A stretch of DNA of 64,000 bases from positions 14,896 to 78,895 of the forward strand of contig NIVC01003752.1 in the NCBI GenBank assembly GCA_002269645.1, given 5' to 3'. Numbering within the stretch: position 1 is the stretch's first letter; every line of letters begins with the position of its first letter. This document shows, piece by piece, positions 60,778 through 64,000 of this stretch. Source of the stretch: Macrostomum lignano (taxonomy: Eukaryota). The position numbers were made by a program, and so were the translations under genes. The notes below the pieces were generated by a model. It made no database searches. It saw only the letters and a list, made by a program, of their open reading frames with translations, and was not told where the DNA came from.

Positions 60778-61033
60778 AAGCTAAACGATTCGTTGTACTT
60801 TGGCGACGTTGTGCCGCTCTTGGATTTAGTTGCAAACTTTCGCTTCTTGCCAGTCAATTTCGGCCCGATCAGATTGACTTCAACGAACGGACGAAACATT
60901 GATACGTTTTTCCATTTCAGTTTGCTGGCCAGAATAATTTTCACATTCACTTTCACGTCTCCAGTGCCGGGATGGCGGAACAGATCGATTTGAACGGACA
61001 CTTCGCCAACCTGGTCTTCGGTTGCAGGTTTGT
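60778..61033 (-). CDS. unc-13: UNC-13 exon (C2C domain)
   Basis: [44 protein letters not shown]; AG and GT sites in phase. Confidence 0.95.
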
Positions 61034-61181
61034 CTGCAATAATCATATTCGAACATATCTTTGGTTTGTATTGTCGCTTTCCTGGGTACTTAGGTCTTAA
61101 ACAAATGTGGCTTTGCTGTATCAATACTAGTCCCAAGTCTGAGAGAAAGAGTGATTCTTTTAATTACAAAATGCGACTAAC

Positions 61182-61412
61182 CTTGACAGTTTTGCGTAGC
61201 AACGAAAGTTTTAATCAACGAGTCGGTCGACTGCGAATACAACGACAGAGCGTGTCGCAGCGACTGCAACTCGGTGCTCTTCTCCAAATAGGCCATCTTC
61301 AGGCCGTTGCCGCCGGCGTGAAAATACTGCGAATGGTTTCCAGGGCGATGAGAATGACGCCGCACTGTCTGGGCGTCATTGTCTTGGCCTCGGTGTCTTT
61401 CGACAGGGTGTC
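61182..61412 (-). CDS. unc-13: UNC-13 exon (MUN domain end), 1-nt indel
   Basis: [52 protein letters not shown]. Confidence 0.9.
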
Positions 61413-61495
61413 CTTTGAAGAAGGTTTTTATAAAGAGATTTTCCGTGTTTAAGAAGAATCTTCACAATCAAACTAAGTAACCGTTAAAACCATAC

Positions 61496-61627
61496 CTGCA
61501 ACAGGTGCGAAACATTGGATATATTCGGCACACTGACATTCGAGGAAATGTTGGAGATGTTGCTTAGCAGGCCGTGGCTCACGCCGGACACTGACGCTTT
61601 TGACGAAATTGACAGCGTTGAAAACAG
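61496..61627 (-). CDS. unc-13: UNC-13 low-complexity linker exon
   Basis: tttacag|132 nt open|gtatgg, phase 0 at both ends. Confidence 0.7.
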
Positions 61628-61802
61628 CTGTAAATTTAACAGAAAATACTTGAGATGAAAATTGAAATTAATTTAGTACTCAGGAGTTTGAAAACTGAGC
61701 AGAATTTTTGTCAGCGCTGGGGTGGGACGATGTCGCTTATAATCTTTCAAAGAATATTTATGAATACTAAACATTAATGAATCACATTACGCTCGTAAAT
61801 AC

Positions 61803-62041
61803 CTGTCTCGGATCGCTCACAGGCGGTAGCACGACTCGTTTCTCAAGATTGCTGATAGTTAATCGCCAGACCTCTCTAAGCAGCCTCTTCAAGATGGCTT
61901 TCTCACACTCGGAGGCGAATAGCGACAGCTCGGCGTCTAGTAGCTCCATCAACGGTCTCAGCACAGCGTCAGCCTCCTCCGCTTGAGCAGCGGCAGTTGC
62001 GGCAGCTGCCGCCGATGTTGTGGCACCGAAGGCTGCGGACC
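61803..62041 (-). CDS. unc-13: UNC-13 exon (MUN domain)
   Basis: [42 protein letters not shown]. Confidence 0.9.
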
Positions 62042-62250
62042 CTGCAAAGAGAATCGAGTGTGCAGTAGACGTCTGTTGAGTTGATGTTTAACAGATTGGA
62101 GACAACCAAACTACTTGTACGAGCGTAGAAGGGCGCAACACACACCCTCAATTACCCTCAACTAATGCTGGCACCAGTTTTACAGCTGAGTGAACTGAAG
62201 CAACGCTAAATTCAACAGTTAAAAGCTAGCAAGCAATCGCTCGCATTTAC

Positions 62251-62870
62251 CTTGACAACTCGATGCAGCAATCTGCCAACCTCGTTAACCACTTCCACAA
62301 TGGCCGCCTCCTGGGAAGCCACAAACCGGGCTGCAAGATTATCCAAAGCTGCATTCAATTCGTCCTGCAGATTCTGCAGATAGTCTTGCGTCTCCTGCTG
62401 CATCGCTGTACCGCCCATTGCTTCGTACAGCTTCTCAAGTTGTACTCTGGCCTGCTGGATGTTGTTCATAAGTACGCACGCCTTCTGCGGCTTGTCAGTA
62501 AAACTTCCGTAGTCTTTAGCAACAATATCGGCGTACGCGAATAGCACCTTGGCTACTGTGCGGCTAAACCGACTTAGGAACGTGGCTTCAACCTCGGGGT
62601 CTGGACATTCCAACTTTTTGACAACATCTAAACACTGGTTGAGATGAGTGAAGATGTCAACTACGGAGGTGCTGAACAGGCCGTGTTCAGAGGACTTCTG
62701 GAAATTGTCCTTCCTGTCCCGGGCATAGGCGCTATGCAGATACTCCATGGAGACTTCGTCATTTTCACTGAGCCAACGGAGTACAAACTGTTCGAACCAG
62801 CGTGGATAGTCCGGCACTGAGCCTTTGTGCGCCGGCGCATCCGCGACGTACTGTTGTAAAACCACTTGAT
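62251..62870 (-). CDS. unc-13: UNC-13 exon (MUN domain)
   Basis: VPDYPRWFEQFV..FSTSVVDIFTHLNQ..KKLECPDP..LMNNIQQARVQLEKLYEAMGG. Confidence 0.95.
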
Positions 62871-63383
62871 CTGTTTGGTGTTGAGAGATCGGCCAAAGCA
62901 GCCTTAAGCTTCGCAAAACTTTGAAATGATTCAGCAAACAAAATTTTTATTTAGCTGTGTCAATTTTGAATTCAAGTTTTTCGAGATGTCCTGCTGCGAT
63001 CTTTACAATCTATAATGTTGTCTAACAACATAAAACTACTTTTTAACACATGAAGCGGGAGAAATTCTTTACAAACTCTTTTCTCGCTACTCATCAGTAA
63101 GCGACTTGAATAAACTACTAGATTTAAATCTGGATTTTGGCCTATATTATGATATGGACAGTTTCTGATGAACAATGCGTATCATTGAGTTTAGCCAAGG
63201 TCAGGTCACTGCATTCAGTGAATCAGAACATTGTCTGTGCCAACAACCCGATTTTGTACAAAGCTTTCTAAGAAACATACAAATCCCTTTGGTTATTTCC
63301 AAGCTGATTGAGCAAACAATACAGTTTTTAGACTTAAAGGTCTTCACAACATGGGTGCCTGAAATAAAACTTTGACCACTCAC

Positions 63384-63752
63384 CTTAAACAGCAGATTCA
63401 TATAGTCGGACATTTTCACGGTTGGCTTCTCGCTATGCTCCTGCAGTTGCCAGTTGAACATCCTGACTAAAGTGCTCCACATCGATGACGCACTCAACTG
63501 TCCAATGTTTGACATCCAGCTGCAGAGATGACAGCACAGGCCGTGTAATTGACTCGATCCTCTCGATCACCGACACCATCAGTTCAACTAGGCGATGCCA
63601 AAACTCCAGACGTCTGGCGACTGGCGATCGACGTCGTTTGACTGCAGTTCGTTGCAGTTGTCGAACAGGAACTGATAAGTTGTCTTCATGCAGTTAAGGG
63701 CGCATTCCTTCAGCACGGTGGCAGCACGTGGAGCACTGCTGAGATTCTGGAC
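63384..63752 (-). CDS. unc-13: UNC-13 exon (MUN domain start), several indels; gene continues past the window
   Basis: VLKECALNCMKTTYQFLFDNC, LEFWHRLVELMVSVIE, SDYMNLLFK in shifting frames. Confidence 0.85.
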
Positions 63753-63869
63753 CTGCGGAGAGAAATGATATCATATTCGCCACGATATTCGCACTGAGGA
63801 CTTTGCGGCCACCCTGACAAAAACGCCCTCAGTGACATCGGCTCAAAACCAGAGCTGAGGGCAATTCTG

Positions 63870-63992
63870 CCCATTCCGCTCATACACACGAGGTTTGGGG
63901 GGGGGTTGTCCTCAATGGCTGCGAATTTGGGCTGCGCACGGAATCGAACCCGGGGTCATAGGGTGAGAGTCAAATGCATCTACCGCGAGAGT
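63870..63992 (-). mobile_element. tRNA-headed SINE in unc-13 intron
   Basis: Minus strand: cggtagatgcatttgactctc..GGGTTCGATTCCG B box, then a non-tRNA body. Confidence 0.55.
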
Positions 63993-64000
63993 TGCTTCTG

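Overview
Eukaryotic (animal) genomic DNA: GC-rich exons, GT-AG introns packed with mini/microsatellites, tRNA/CORE-type SINEs and AG acceptors just upstream of several start codons. This architecture resembles a free-living flatworm such as Macrostomum (inference only). Host genes: a Kelch-repeat gene (-, runs off the left edge), an intronless rhodopsin-type GPCR, FMC1, RBX1, a ZIP1/2/3-type zinc transporter, a second divergent GPCR with one frameshift, and the 3' half of unc-13 (-, runs off the right edge, about 7 single-base indels). Mobile elements with TSD-supported ends: a hAT MITE (7346-8036); a Merlin/MULE-like MITE (8122-11241) with a nested Sola2-like element (8481-10700); a decayed ZMYM1-like hAT transposon (15573-19317) inside an RTE LINE fragment; a full-length LOA/Lian-type LINE (26452-32236). 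The most unusual structure is in the ZIP intron: a non-coding giant palindrome (43241-47720) with about 1.28-kb apparently identical TIRs, ACTACT termini and a 6-bp TSD (Polinton/Maverick-like hallmarks), plus a 754-bp inverted copy of its own right end and flank. No rRNA, CRISPR array or convincing functional tRNA was found.
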